A stretch of DNA of 64,000 nucleotides from Myxococcota bacterium (lineage in GTDB: Bacteria > Myxococcota > UBA4151): contig JBDQPD010000002.1 of the NCBI GenBank assembly GCA_040260805.1, forward strand, positions 2,557 through 66,556, in the 5' to 3' direction. A program made the translations under genes and the position numbers. Each line of letters opens with the position of its first letter. The stretch's first letter is position 1. This document shows positions 37,091 through 46,169 of the stretch, in pieces. The notes beneath the pieces were generated by a model. The model was given only the letters and a program-made list of their open reading frames with translations. It was not told the origin of the DNA and did not search any database.

Positions 37091-39920
37091 GCTCGCCAAA
37101 AGTTCGAAGCGATGATGCTCGCTGACGCGCCATCGTGTTAAACAGATCAGAACCCCAGCACCACACGCTGCCATCGCTTCGTCGAGCGCAAGCGTGTAAC
37201 GCACCGATAGCCACCTCCTCGGCTTGGGTTAGCCCCTCAACCGAGACCGGGCTTCGCCGATGGTTCACACCCGCGTCACCGCAGACGCCAAAGTCGTTGC
37301 GACCCCAACACGACACCTCGCCGGCGCCATCAACAGCGCAGGTGTTGTATTCACCAGCGGCGATCTTCTCGATCCCGTCAAGTGACTCAACCGGAACCGG
37401 TCGCCTTCTGCTCGTTCCGGTTCCATCGCCAAGCTGCCCCAACGCATTGTAGCCCCAACAAAAAACACGACCATCGCGACCCAGACCGCAGTGATGATAA
37501 CGCCCTGACGTGAGCGTAGTAATCGATGACAGGTCCGCTGTAGGGCCGGCGGTCCAGCGTGATTGATTTTGTCCATCACCGAGCTCGCCAGCGCTGTTGT
37601 TACCCCAGCAACTGACCGTTCCATCGGTGTGCAATGCGCAGGTCGAGCGTTGCCCAGCGCTGATGGACGTTACGTCCACAAGATCGCGCACGGCGGTGGG
37701 TGACTGGCGACGTCTATTGGTGCCATCGCCGAGGTTACCAAAGGCATTATATCCCCAGCAGACGGCCGTCTGATCAACCGTCAGCGCACAGCTAAAGTCG
37801 CGCCCGAAACCAAACCGATCAAAGGGGCGCAAAGCCGGCACCTCGACGGCTCGGTCTCGACTGCTCACGGTGCCATCGCCGAGCTGTCCATTGGTGTTGA
37901 GACCCCAGCAAAATACGCTCCCATTTTGGGCCTTACCGCAGGTGTGCGCGCCGCCAGATGCTAAGGTGACGATGGGCTGATCGAGCCCAGCAACAGCTCG
38001 CGCTTCACCGACGCCCAACCCCAGCGCGCCGAGCGAGCCGTAATAGTTTCGTCCCCAACATGAGACCTCGCCTTCGCTGTCCAAGCTGCAGGTGTGAAAC
38101 AAAGACGAGGCGATCTGAATCGAGCCCGAGAGACCATGGACGGGCTCGGCGATTTGACCAAACCCACCTTTAGCGTCGCTGTGCGTTTCACCCCAGCGGT
38201 CGAGGCCCCAACACAACCGAGAACCGCTTTGGGTGGTGACGCAGCTGTGGTCGTAGCCCAGCGCCAGGGTCTCAACGCCAGCGATCTGGAAACTGCGCAC
38301 GGGCACACGACGACTCGAACGACTTCCATCGCCGAGCTGTGCATAGGCGTTGCCGCCCCAACAAAACACTTCGGAAGAGGCGCTGAACGCGCAGCTATGG
38401 CTCAAGCCAGCTCCGACCCCAATCATCGGAGGCAACCCGACCACACGCACCGGTCGACGTTGATTCGCCACGCTGCCGTTACCGAGCTTACCTTCGGCGC
38501 CTTGTCCCCAGCACCACACCGCCCCGTCGCCTGTGACGGCGCAGGTGTGATGGGCTCCTGCCGCAAGACTCGTGACACCGCTCAAGCCGACGACGTCACG
38601 CGCCACGCGCGAGTTCGCTGTCCGGTCGTCGCCGAGCTGCCCTAAATCGCCTCGACCCCAGCAGCGCACGGTGCCATCGCTCAGCAAAACACAGCTGTGT
38701 TCGGCGCCTAAAACCATATCCTCAATCACATCGATTCCGTGCACCGGAACCGGCCAGACCATGTACTGATTTCCGGAGTTCGGGTCACCGAGCTGCCCGC
38801 GGTTGTTGTGGCCCCAGCAAAGGGCGTTTCCGTTGGCCATGATCGCGCAGCTGTGGTGGTAGCCACAGCGAACCGACTGAGCACCTTCGGGCAACAAAAC
38901 CTGTTGCGGCTGTGGCTGCGCGTCGTTTCGTCCCATGCCGAGTTGCCCGAGATCATTTTTCCCAAAGCAATGCACTTCTCCATCGGCTTCACGAGCGCAA
39001 GTGTGCGCTTGTCCCAGGCAAAAATCGGTCACGTCCGCCAGCGCTTCGATCGACTGAGGACGGCGCGAGCCTTCGGACGGACCAATACCCAGCTGACCAT
39101 CAACCCCGCGGCCCCAGCAGGCTAAAACGCCCTCTTCATTCAACTGACACGCGTGTTCATAGCCTGCTTGGACACGCCCTGGCTGGCCCTCTCGCTGGCA
39201 GTCTACCCCGCAACCGTCGCCCGGTAGGTCGTTGCCGTCATCGCAACCCTCGACGCCTTCCATCACAAAAGAGTCACCACATTCAGCTTGAGCGCAATCC
39301 GCGAGACACTCGTCAGTGTTCGAGTCGTTGCCGTCATCGCAGGCTTCCTCGCCAGCCCAGACCACCCCATCGCCGCAGCGCGCCTGAGCGCACAATCCGG
39401 TGCAGTCATCTTCATCGGTCTCATTACCATCATCGCAGGCCTCGACGCCTTCGTGGACGAAGCCGTCACCGCAAGCGGCGAGTCGACAATCTTGCAGGCA
39501 CTCATCGCTGCTTGACGCGTTGCCGTCATCGCATGCTTCGACGCCTGCGTGCACAAAACCGTCACCGCAGCGAGCGGCTAAACAGGCTGAGGTGCACTCA
39601 TCATCATCGCTTGAGTTGCCATCGTCGCAGACCTCGCGAAGCTGCATCACACCGTCGCCGCATGAAGCGAGCACACAAGTGCTCAGGCAGTTGTCCGTAT
39701 CGTCTGCGTTCCCATCGTCGCAGCCTTCACCGGCCTGGACCAGACCATCACCGCAAGCCGCAAGTTGACACGCATTAGAGCAAGCGTCGTTGGCGACCAG
39801 GTTGCCGTCATCGCAGGTTTCGCCAGGGTCGATTTCTCCGTTGCCGCAAAGCAATGCTGCGCTGTTGCTACCGCATCCAGCAACACCAACCAAAACGCCT
39901 ATCGCCAACCATTTATGCAT
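37068..39920 (-). CDS. Lipoprotein with six N-terminal myxo-type Cys-rich repeats (CGDG...CDDGN) followed by ~10 RCC1 beta-propeller repeats
   Basis: Lipobox VAGCGS after start MHKWLAIG. Repeats ACGDGxVxxGExCDDGNxxxxDxC occur six times. RCC1 blades (CWGxNxxGQLGxG) follow. 23-nt convergent overlap with the regulator gene. Confidence 0.75.
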   Translation of the reverse strand: MHKWLAIGVLVGVAGCGSNSAALLCGNGEIDPGETCDDGNLVANDACSNACQLAACGDGLVQAGEGCDDGNADDTDNCLSTCVLASCGDGVMQLREVCDDGNSSDDDECTSACLAARCGDGFVHAGVEACDDGNASSSDECLQDCRLAACGDGFVHEGVEACDDGNETDEDDCTGLCAQARCGDGVVWAGEEACDDGNDSNTDECLADCAQAECGDSFVMEGVEGCDDGNDLPGDGCGVDCQREGQPGRVQAGYEHACQLNEEGVLACWGRGVDGQLGIGPSEGSRRPQSIEALADVTDFCLGQAHTCAREADGEVHCFGKNDLGQLGMGRNDAQPQPQQVLLPEGAQSVRCGYHHSCAIMANGNALCWGHNNRGQLGDPNSGNQYMVWPVPVHGIDVIEDMVLGAEHSCVLLSDGTVRCWGRGDLGQLGDDRTANSRVARDVVGLSGVTSLAAGAHHTCAVTGDGAVWCWGQGAEGKLGNGSVANQRRPVRVVGLPPMIGVGAGLSHSCAFSASSEVFCWGGNAYAQLGDGSRSSRRVPVRSFQIAGVETLALGYDHSCVTTQSGSRLCWGLDRWGETHSDAKGGFGQIAEPVHGLSGSIQIASSLFHTCSLDSEGEVSCWGRNYYGSLGALGLGVGEARAVAGLDQPIVTLASGGAHTCGKAQNGSVFCWGLNTNGQLGDGTVSSRDRAVEVPALRPFDRFGFGRDFSCALTVDQTAVCWGYNAFGNLGDGTNRRRQSPTAVRDLVDVTSISAGQRSTCALHTDGTVSCWGNNSAGELGDGQNQSRWTAGPTADLSSITTLTSGRYHHCGLGRDGRVFCWGYNALGQLGDGTGTSRRRPVPVESLDGIEKIAAGEYNTCAVDGAGEVSCWGRNDFGVCGDAGVNHRRSPVSVEGLTQAEEVAIGALHACARRSDGSVWCWGSDLFNTMARQRASSLRTFGELRPVGRP
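39180..39880. repeat. Intragenic tandem DNA repeats (~90-nt unit, about 6 copies) encoding the Cys-rich modules of the RCC1 lipoprotein
   Basis: Recurrent gttgccgtcatcgcaggc...tcgacgcc units seen directly in the sequence. Confidence 0.6.
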
Positions 39921-40022
39921 ACTTCGTCCAAGCCCTTGGAAGTCGCTAGTTTGAGCGAACTTGGATCGGCGATCAAGCCGCGCCGCTGTTGGTGATCTGG
40001 GCCCCAAAACCTTAGACCGGTG

Positions 40023-41624
40023 TCAACCCAGCAGCGAACTAAAGAAATCGTTCCCTTTATCGTCCACGATGATGAACGCTGGAAAATCCTTAACCGTGAT
40101 CCGATGGACCGCTTCCATGCCAAGCTCAGGCATATCGATGACTTCAATCTTGGTGATGCAATCGGCACCGAGACGCGCAGCAGGGCCACCGATCGAGCCG
40201 AGATAAAATCCACCATGCTCGCGACAGCTTTCAGTGACCTGGGCGCTGCGGTTACCTTTTGCTAAGGTCACTAAAGAGCCTCCGAGCGACTGAAACAAAG
40301 GCACATAGGGGTCCATTCTTTGCGCCGTGGTCGGCCCAAAACTCCCCGACGGTAACCCCTCTGGAGTTTTCGCCGGCCCGGCGTAGTAGATCACCGAATC
40401 AGCGAAGTAATCAGGCATCGCCTCGCCCGCCTCGATCCGCTCACGAATCCGAGCGTGGGCGATGTCACGAGCCACCGTGATCTCGCCGCTGAGCAAAAGA
40501 CCGGTGCCGACGCTGTGCTGCGTTAACTCGGCTCGAAGCGCCTCCAAACCTCGGTTTAAATCAATCGCAACCATCGACTCTGCGACTTCGCCTTCAGCCC
40601 ATAATCGCTCGGGGTGACGCTCGAGTTCTTCGAGAAAGACTCCATCTCTAGTGATCTTCGCTTTGATTTGTCGGTCTGCCGAGCAGCTAACACCCAGCCC
40701 AACGGGACATGATGCACCGTGACGAGGCAAACGAATTACTCGAGCTTGATGGGCAAAGTACTTCCCGCCAAACTGAGCACCGATTCCCGTTTTTGAGGCT
40801 AAATCGAGCACGCGTTGTTCCCAATCAATGTCACGGAATGCTCGCCCGGTCTCGTCACCTGAGGTCGGAAGTGAATCGAGATAGCGGGTTGAGGCGAGCT
40901 TAACCATTTTGAGGTTTTGTTCGGCGCTCGTTCCCCCAATCACCAAGCTGAGGTAGTAAGGCGGGCACGCAGCCGTCCCCAAACTCTTGATTTTTGCCTC
41001 GATAAAAGCCGTCAAATCGCGCTCATTGAGGAGGCTTTTGGTCTGCTGATACAAATACGTTTTGTTCGCCGAACCGCCGCCTTTTGCCATAAATAAGAAC
41101 GTATACTCTTCGCCTTCGACGGCCGCTAAATCAATCTGAGCGGGAAGGTTGTTCCCAGTATTTTTCTCCTGAAACATCGTCAGCGGTGCGAGTTGCGAAT
41201 ACCGTAAATTGTTCTCGGCATAGGTGCGCTCAATCCCAGCCGTAAGTGCAGCCTCATCTCCACCCCCAGTCCAGACCTGACCACCCTTTTTGCCCATCAC
41301 GATCGCCGTCCCTGTGTCCTGACAACTCGGCAAAACGCCTCGGGCGGCGATCGTTGCATTCTTGAGCAACTCGCGCGCCACAAACCGATCGTTTTCGCTG
41401 GCCTCGGGGTCACGCAAAATATCGGCTAGGCTTCTTAGATGCGACGACCTGAGGAGATGGGACACGTCGCGCATCGCTTCGGTCGCTAACGCGGTCAATG
41501 CGGCGGGGTCGACCTTGAGAATCGTACGCCCCTCAAACTCAGCGTGTTTAACGTAATCACCATCAAGGCGACGATAAGGCGTATCGTCACCACCCAAGCG
41601 AATAATTGGCTGATAATCGCTCAT
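40023..41624 (-). CDS. Class I (Fe-S) fumarate hydratase
   Basis: 533 aa, colinear with FumA/FumB-type two-domain fumarase. Start ATG 41624 (MSDYQP), 2 nt after the upstream stop. Confidence 0.9.
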   Translation of the reverse strand: MSDYQPIIRLGGDDTPYRRLDGDYVKHAEFEGRTILKVDPAALTALATEAMRDVSHLLRSSHLRSLADILRDPEASENDRFVARELLKNATIAARGVLPSCQDTGTAIVMGKKGGQVWTGGGDEAALTAGIERTYAENNLRYSQLAPLTMFQEKNTGNNLPAQIDLAAVEGEEYTFLFMAKGGGSANKTYLYQQTKSLLNERDLTAFIEAKIKSLGTAACPPYYLSLVIGGTSAEQNLKMVKLASTRYLDSLPTSGDETGRAFRDIDWEQRVLDLASKTGIGAQFGGKYFAHQARVIRLPRHGASCPVGLGVSCSADRQIKAKITRDGVFLEELERHPERLWAEGEVAESMVAIDLNRGLEALRAELTQHSVGTGLLLSGEITVARDIAHARIRERIEAGEAMPDYFADSVIYYAGPAKTPEGLPSGSFGPTTAQRMDPYVPLFQSLGGSLVTLAKGNRSAQVTESCREHGGFYLGSIGGPAARLGADCITKIEVIDMPELGMEAVHRITVKDFPAFIIVDDKGNDFFSSLLG

Positions 41625-41625
41625 T

Positions 41626-42183
41626 TTACTCCCAAACCCCACGCCGATTTTGGCGCGCTAGATCCTCGGCATTGAGATAAGCCCCTAACCGATCGAACAA
41701 CTCATTATTAAATCGGTAAACACGAGCGAGCCCCTCTTCGAGCAGCTCCTCGCCCAGATCACCGCCATCGCTCAGTCGAACATGCGCAAGCATTCGGCAG
41801 TAGCGATCAAAACAGGCCTGACCGTCGCGCCCTTCTTGGCAAGCCCCAAAGGGGTCGGTGCACAAAGAGTCCCACTCCAAGCCGACCTGGATGCTCGCTC
41901 GACTCACGGCGAAGTTGAGCGCATCTTGGGCGAAGGGCTCGGGCTCTGAGCCCACCTCATCATAATTCATCTCGGGCGTGTTCAGCCCCTTAAGCCGGAC
42001 TCGAAAAACACGATCTTGGCGCCGGACCTCAAGAGTGTCGCCGTCGATAAAGCGCTCAACCGTGACCGGCTCGGCTAAATCTACCGGGGCTCCAGCGTCC
42101 GGTACAGGGTCGGGTTCCGGCATCGGGCCACAGCCCATGATCAACACCAAGCCCAAGCAGCGCCACATCATCAAGGTCTCCAC
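41626..42183 (-). CDS. Secreted lipoprotein, staphylococcal-nuclease (SNase/thermonuclease) family, with 4-Cys insertion
   Basis: Lipobox LIMGCG. SNase motifs [29 protein letters not shown]...EGLARVY, and RGVWE all align to nuclease A catalytic regions. Confidence 0.75.
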   Translation of the reverse strand: METLMMWRCLGLVLIMGCGPMPEPDPVPDAGAPVDLAEPVTVERFIDGDTLEVRRQDRVFRVRLKGLNTPEMNYDEVGSEPEPFAQDALNFAVSRASIQVGLEWDSLCTDPFGACQEGRDGQACFDRYCRMLAHVRLSDGGDLGEELLEEGLARVYRFNNELFDRLGAYLNAEDLARQNRRGVWE

Positions 42184-42320
42184 TCACTGCGTTGGGCCTG
42201 CCTCGGCTCACCCTTTGTGTAAAGTATACCGGTCAACCTGAGGACCAAGCGGCCCTTGCACCAAGCGTTCAAGACTCCTAAACAGCCGCGGTTCCCTTAA
42301 CGTTTCTGCTGGAGCAGACC

Positions 42321-43262
42321 GTGACCCGTCTTGTCCTCATGGTGACCCTAACCTTTCTAGCGCAGCAGGCGCTGGCGAGCGAGCCGCGCACCAAAGTTGT
42401 AGTCAATGGCTTGATGTCACCGGTCTATTTCAATGATGGGGACACCTTTAGAGTGTTGTCCGGACAGCTCTCGGGGACCAAGGCTCGGCTCGAGGGCTTT
42501 AATACGCTTGAGTCCTTTGGACCGGTCCACAGCTGGGGCTCATGGAGCACACGCGAGCTCTACGTCAACGCCAAGACCGCCACCTTGCACGCAAGGCGGG
42601 GCATCTGGCGCTGTTCGTGGGATCAACGAGTCGATGGCTATGGCCGCGGGCTGTTCAAATGCCCAGAGCTCGCCATCCACATGATCCGGACGGGCATGGC
42701 GCACGCGATGACCGTCACCGCCCAGCCCTCCCCAGAGATCTACCTTGAGGCGCAGCGCGAGGCGATCAAACATCGGCGCGGGATGTGGGCCGGCGGCGTG
42801 CCGAAATATGTCCTCACCTCGCTGCACTCAGTGGACGAAAAACCCAATCAGAACTGGGCGTACAACCGTCTGGTCTCAACCCATGATGGGCACTCCGAGC
42901 GCTGGATTCATAGCGAGACCTACGGCGAATGCCACAACGTCTGCGTGCAAGAAGTCCAGCTCAGCAGCGCCACCCTCAAAGAGGTTAAACAGCGCCTGGA
43001 CTCGGTCGCCGAGCTCACGACCTGGCAAACGCTTGGGGCGCGCAAACAAGTTGAGGTTTTAGAGATCTACCTCATGGTCAACACCGTCTCAGCGCATATC
43101 CCCAAAGCTGAACGCGACCTGATGCGTCAAGCGCTCACGCAGCTGGTCGATACCGGCTTGCTCGTCGCCGAGAAAACCACGCCGGGCGGCTGCATGATCT
43201 ACACCGACTTTCGCCGTCGCTTTGGCGGCGGTAAAGCGACCTGTCTGAAGCTGGCGCGATGA
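42321..43262 (+). CDS. Secreted two-domain protein: N-terminal SNase-family nuclease plus a conserved ~130-aa C-terminal 4-Cys domain of unknown function
   Basis: GTG start with GGAGC SD and a signal peptide. NDGDTFRV...ARLEGFNTLE...DGYGRGLFKCPELAIHMIRTGMAHA...RRGMWA. The C-terminal domain is shared with gene 62293..63057. Confidence 0.7.
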   Translation: MTRLVLMVTLTFLAQQALASEPRTKVVVNGLMSPVYFNDGDTFRVLSGQLSGTKARLEGFNTLESFGPVHSWGSWSTRELYVNAKTATLHARRGIWRCSWDQRVDGYGRGLFKCPELAIHMIRTGMAHAMTVTAQPSPEIYLEAQREAIKHRRGMWAGGVPKYVLTSLHSVDEKPNQNWAYNRLVSTHDGHSERWIHSETYGECHNVCVQEVQLSSATLKEVKQRLDSVAELTTWQTLGARKQVEVLEIYLMVNTVSAHIPKAERDLMRQALTQLVDTGLLVAEKTTPGGCMIYTDFRRRFGGGKATCLKLAR

Positions 43263-44623
43263 AGTATTTTCTTCCCTTTATCTTAGCCGCTTGCAGCTAC
43301 GACATGCCGACTCGGCCGGTCCAAGGGTACGAATTTGATGACGCCGCCTGTTCGGACGGTATCGATAATGACCAAGACAGCCTGACCGACTGCGAAGACC
43401 CTGACTGTTTGGCGCTGTCAACGCACTGCGGACAACAAGTCCCGGTGGTTCCCGATGGACGCGCCGAAGAGGGTATGTTGTGCCGCGACCAGATCGATAA
43501 CGACGACAACGGGCAGTTCGACTGCGGCGACCCTGCCTGCCGTGAGCAGATGGAGAACTGCTGCGTCTTAGAATTTTCAAACGAAGCGTGCTCTGACGGC
43601 ATCGACAACGACCAAAACGGGTTCACCGACTGCGCGGATTTCGCATGCCGCATGGGCATCTTTGTCACCGTTTGCTTTGAAGGTGACAGTTCAAGCTGCA
43701 GTGACGGTCTCGATAACGACGGCGACGGCGACATCGACTGCGCCGATTCATCCTGCGCTCGAGAGGCGTCGTGCTCGAATGATTGCGAAGGGCTGCCTGA
43801 GGGCATCGAAGACACCGTTGAGAAGTGCACAGACGGCTGCGACAACGACGGCAACGGCTACGCGGACTGCCGAGACCTCAGCTGCTCTCAGAGTCAAAAC
43901 CCGGCGATTGTGGACGCCTGCACGCCCGACCGCGGCGACGAGAACACGCTGGCTCGCTGCACCGACGGCGTCGACAACGACGACAACGGCTTTATCGATT
44001 GCAACGACTTCTCGTGCTCGAGAAGCCAAGATCAGGCCATTTTAGACGCCTGCGCTGAGCGCATGGAGAACACTCTTGAGCGCTGCGGTGACGGGATCGA
44101 TAACGATGACAACGGCTTTGTCGATTGCAACGACTTCTCCTGCTCAAGAAGCGATGACCCGGAGATCGTAGCGCTCTGCGCTGCGAGCGCCGAAGACTCG
44201 ATAGAGGCTTGCTCTGACGGTCAGGACAATGACGGTAACGGCTTTATCGACTGCGACGATTTCAGCTGCTCTCAATCGGACAACCCAGAGGTATCCGGCC
44301 TGTGCGGCGGCGCGGCAGAGGCGAGCTTTGAGACCTGCTCTGATGGCGTCGATAACGACAACAATGGATACACCGATTGTGCCGACTGGTCGTGCCGGAA
44401 CGCTGAAGATGCGGTGGTGCGTCAAGCCTGCCAAGAGTCGGTGTATCGACCCGATTTCATGGGTATTCCGGCGGGTCCTCAAGAGACCGCTCGAGCCAAC
44501 GCCTTTTGCGAAGATGGACTAGACAACGATGGTGATGGCTATGCCGACTGTGCCGATTGGGACTGCAGTTGGAACCCTTTAGTCACCGTGTGCGACGGAC
44601 CCCGAGTCTGTGAGGAACGCTGA
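43259..44623 (+). CDS. Lipoprotein composed of ten tandem ~21-aa acidic 3-Cys repeats (C-x-D-G-x-D-N-D-x-[DN]-G-x-x-D-C-x-D-x-x-C), putative Ca2+/metal-binding
   Basis: Lipobox ILAAC. Ten repeat copies counted by eye. ATGA overlap with the upstream nuclease gene. Confidence 0.7.
   Translation: MKYFLPFILAACSYDMPTRPVQGYEFDDAACSDGIDNDQDSLTDCEDPDCLALSTHCGQQVPVVPDGRAEEGMLCRDQIDNDDNGQFDCGDPACREQMENCCVLEFSNEACSDGIDNDQNGFTDCADFACRMGIFVTVCFEGDSSSCSDGLDNDGDGDIDCADSSCAREASCSNDCEGLPEGIEDTVEKCTDGCDNDGNGYADCRDLSCSQSQNPAIVDACTPDRGDENTLARCTDGVDNDDNGFIDCNDFSCSRSQDQAILDACAERMENTLERCGDGIDNDDNGFVDCNDFSCSRSDDPEIVALCAASAEDSIEACSDGQDNDGNGFIDCDDFSCSQSDNPEVSGLCGGAAEASFETCSDGVDNDNNGYTDCADWSCRNAEDAVVRQACQESVYRPDFMGIPAGPQETARANAFCEDGLDNDGDGYADCADWDCSWNPLVTVCDGPRVCEER
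43330..44580. repeat. Intragenic tandem repeat array (~60-130-nt units) encoding the CxDGxDNDxDGxxDCxDxxC modules
   Basis: Recurrent tgctctgacggcatcgacaacgac... units seen directly in the sequence. Confidence 0.6.
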
Positions 44624-46140
44624 TGAAGCTCTGGATGCTCTTATTGATGTTGTTGGCGAGCCCCGCCTTTGCCGCCGAGACCGCCTGCGACGATGGTCAA
44701 GATAACGACGCCGATTCGATGATGGACTGCGCCGATGCCGACTGCGCGCAGGCAGCCAATTGCCAGCCAACCGGCGCCTCCGAGAACACGGACGCGCTGT
44801 GTTCGGATTGGATCGACAACGACGGCAACGGGCAGATGGATTGCGACGATGTCGCCTGCTTTGGTGCAGGCATCGTCGCTTGCCTGGGAAGCTTTGAGCG
44901 CAAATCAGGCGTCGCGGTGCAAACGATGGCGCCGGTCGCGCCAGCCCAAGCCGCTCAAGCCGCCGGCGCATCGAGCGCCAATGCGCCGAGCGAAGCCGAC
45001 CTCAAAGCGAAGGACAACAACGGCGAACGCAACGACCTGTTGTGTTCAGATGGTATTGATAACGATGGCGACGGGGCCGTTGACTGCGCCGATTATGGCT
45101 GCCGCTTCGATCCGACGGTGACGATCTGCCAGGGCGCTCCAGGCATGCGCTTCTCGATCGTCGGTAATGTGGCGCAAAGCTTTGACATCGAAGCCGATGA
45201 GCATGACACCCGCTTTACCAAGCTGCAGCTGCGCAGCTTTGGACCGATCCCGCTGATCCAAAACAGCTTCTACTTGGTCTCGATGCGGGCTGAAAAAACG
45301 CCTCGTTTAACCTTTGCTTTGTTCCAGGTTCCCTTAGGCGGTGGTCATTACCTCAACTTGAACTCCGGCGGCGGCGGGCTCTCCAACGCGTTGATCGTCT
45401 CCACCGCAAAGCAGCTCTTAGGCGACCCAGCCTACTACCTGTATTCAGCCTTTGAACAAGGCAACGGAGCGGCTGCCGAGCTCGGTGGGCCGGTCCCTTA
45501 TGTTCCGGCGGGTAAGATGAACTACCGACTCTTCGCAGCGGGCGGTTCAGGGCGCTTCTCAGGTAACATCGGCGGCCGTTACTTCACCTATGAAAACACC
45601 AACTACACCTACTCTGTAGGTGGCCAAGTCAGCGCCAACTTGATCGGCTTTACCAGCCGCTGGGACTCGCCCTTCTTGATGAGCCCAAGCGCCACCGCTG
45701 TGGCGGTTCGAGTCGGCGGGAAATACGACCGGCGTGCGCAGGAGCGCTACCCCGCATTCAACGCCGGAATCTCGGCGCGTCACGGTCGCTTCGTGGTGAT
45801 GCTTGAGGACTATTATAAGCGAGAGCTTAACTTTGGTTCGGTGCAAAATGCCTACAACGTGACGCTCGGCGCTTTGGTGCTCAAAAACAAGCTCATGGCT
45901 GCCGCTGATTTCGGTCAGTTCCTTGCCACCGACTTCACCAACCCGCCGGACCAACTACAGACCGATCTGAAAAAGATTAGAGATGAGACGCAGTGGCGCG
46001 CCGCGCTGCACTACTACTTTAGAGGCAACATCGGTTTGCTGAGCCTAATCTATTCGGATCATCGCCTAGCAGCCAACGAGGCAGGCAAGGACCCGGAGCG
46101 TAAACACAGCATCAAATTGGTGGCTCAATATCGCTTCTAA
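44623..46140 (+). CDS. Putative outer-membrane beta-barrel protein with three N-terminal CxDGxDND repeats
   Basis: Signal peptide MKLWMLLLMLLASPAFA. Three repeats, an Ala/Gln-rich linker, then ~350 aa of alternating beta-strand pattern ending in the aromatic terminus ...VAQYRF. 1-nt overlap (TGATG) with the upstream gene. Confidence 0.6.
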   Translation: MKLWMLLLMLLASPAFAAETACDDGQDNDADSMMDCADADCAQAANCQPTGASENTDALCSDWIDNDGNGQMDCDDVACFGAGIVACLGSFERKSGVAVQTMAPVAPAQAAQAAGASSANAPSEADLKAKDNNGERNDLLCSDGIDNDGDGAVDCADYGCRFDPTVTICQGAPGMRFSIVGNVAQSFDIEADEHDTRFTKLQLRSFGPIPLIQNSFYLVSMRAEKTPRLTFALFQVPLGGGHYLNLNSGGGGLSNALIVSTAKQLLGDPAYYLYSAFEQGNGAAAELGGPVPYVPAGKMNYRLFAAGGSGRFSGNIGGRYFTYENTNYTYSVGGQVSANLIGFTSRWDSPFLMSPSATAVAVRVGGKYDRRAQERYPAFNAGISARHGRFVVMLEDYYKRELNFGSVQNAYNVTLGALVLKNKLMAAADFGQFLATDFTNPPDQLQTDLKKIRDETQWRAALHYYFRGNIGLLSLIYSDHRLAANEAGKDPERKHSIKLVAQYRF

Positions 46141-46169
46141 ACGGAACTGTTTCAGCTTAGAGCGCAGCC

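Noticed and set aside
38912-39778. 288-aa Arg/His-rich plus-strand ORF and neighbours (39288..39515, 39400..39768)
   Set aside because: Antisense to the repeat-encoding part of the RCC1 lipoprotein gene. The repetitive DNA gives long open antisense frames.
43297-44058. Ser/Pro-rich minus ORF 43297..43854 and Ala/Thr/Arg-rich plus ORFs 43662..44045, 43825..44058
   Set aside because: Alternative frames of the tandem-repeat gene 43259..44623. The real frame is identified by the regularly spaced Cys/Asp repeat and lipobox.
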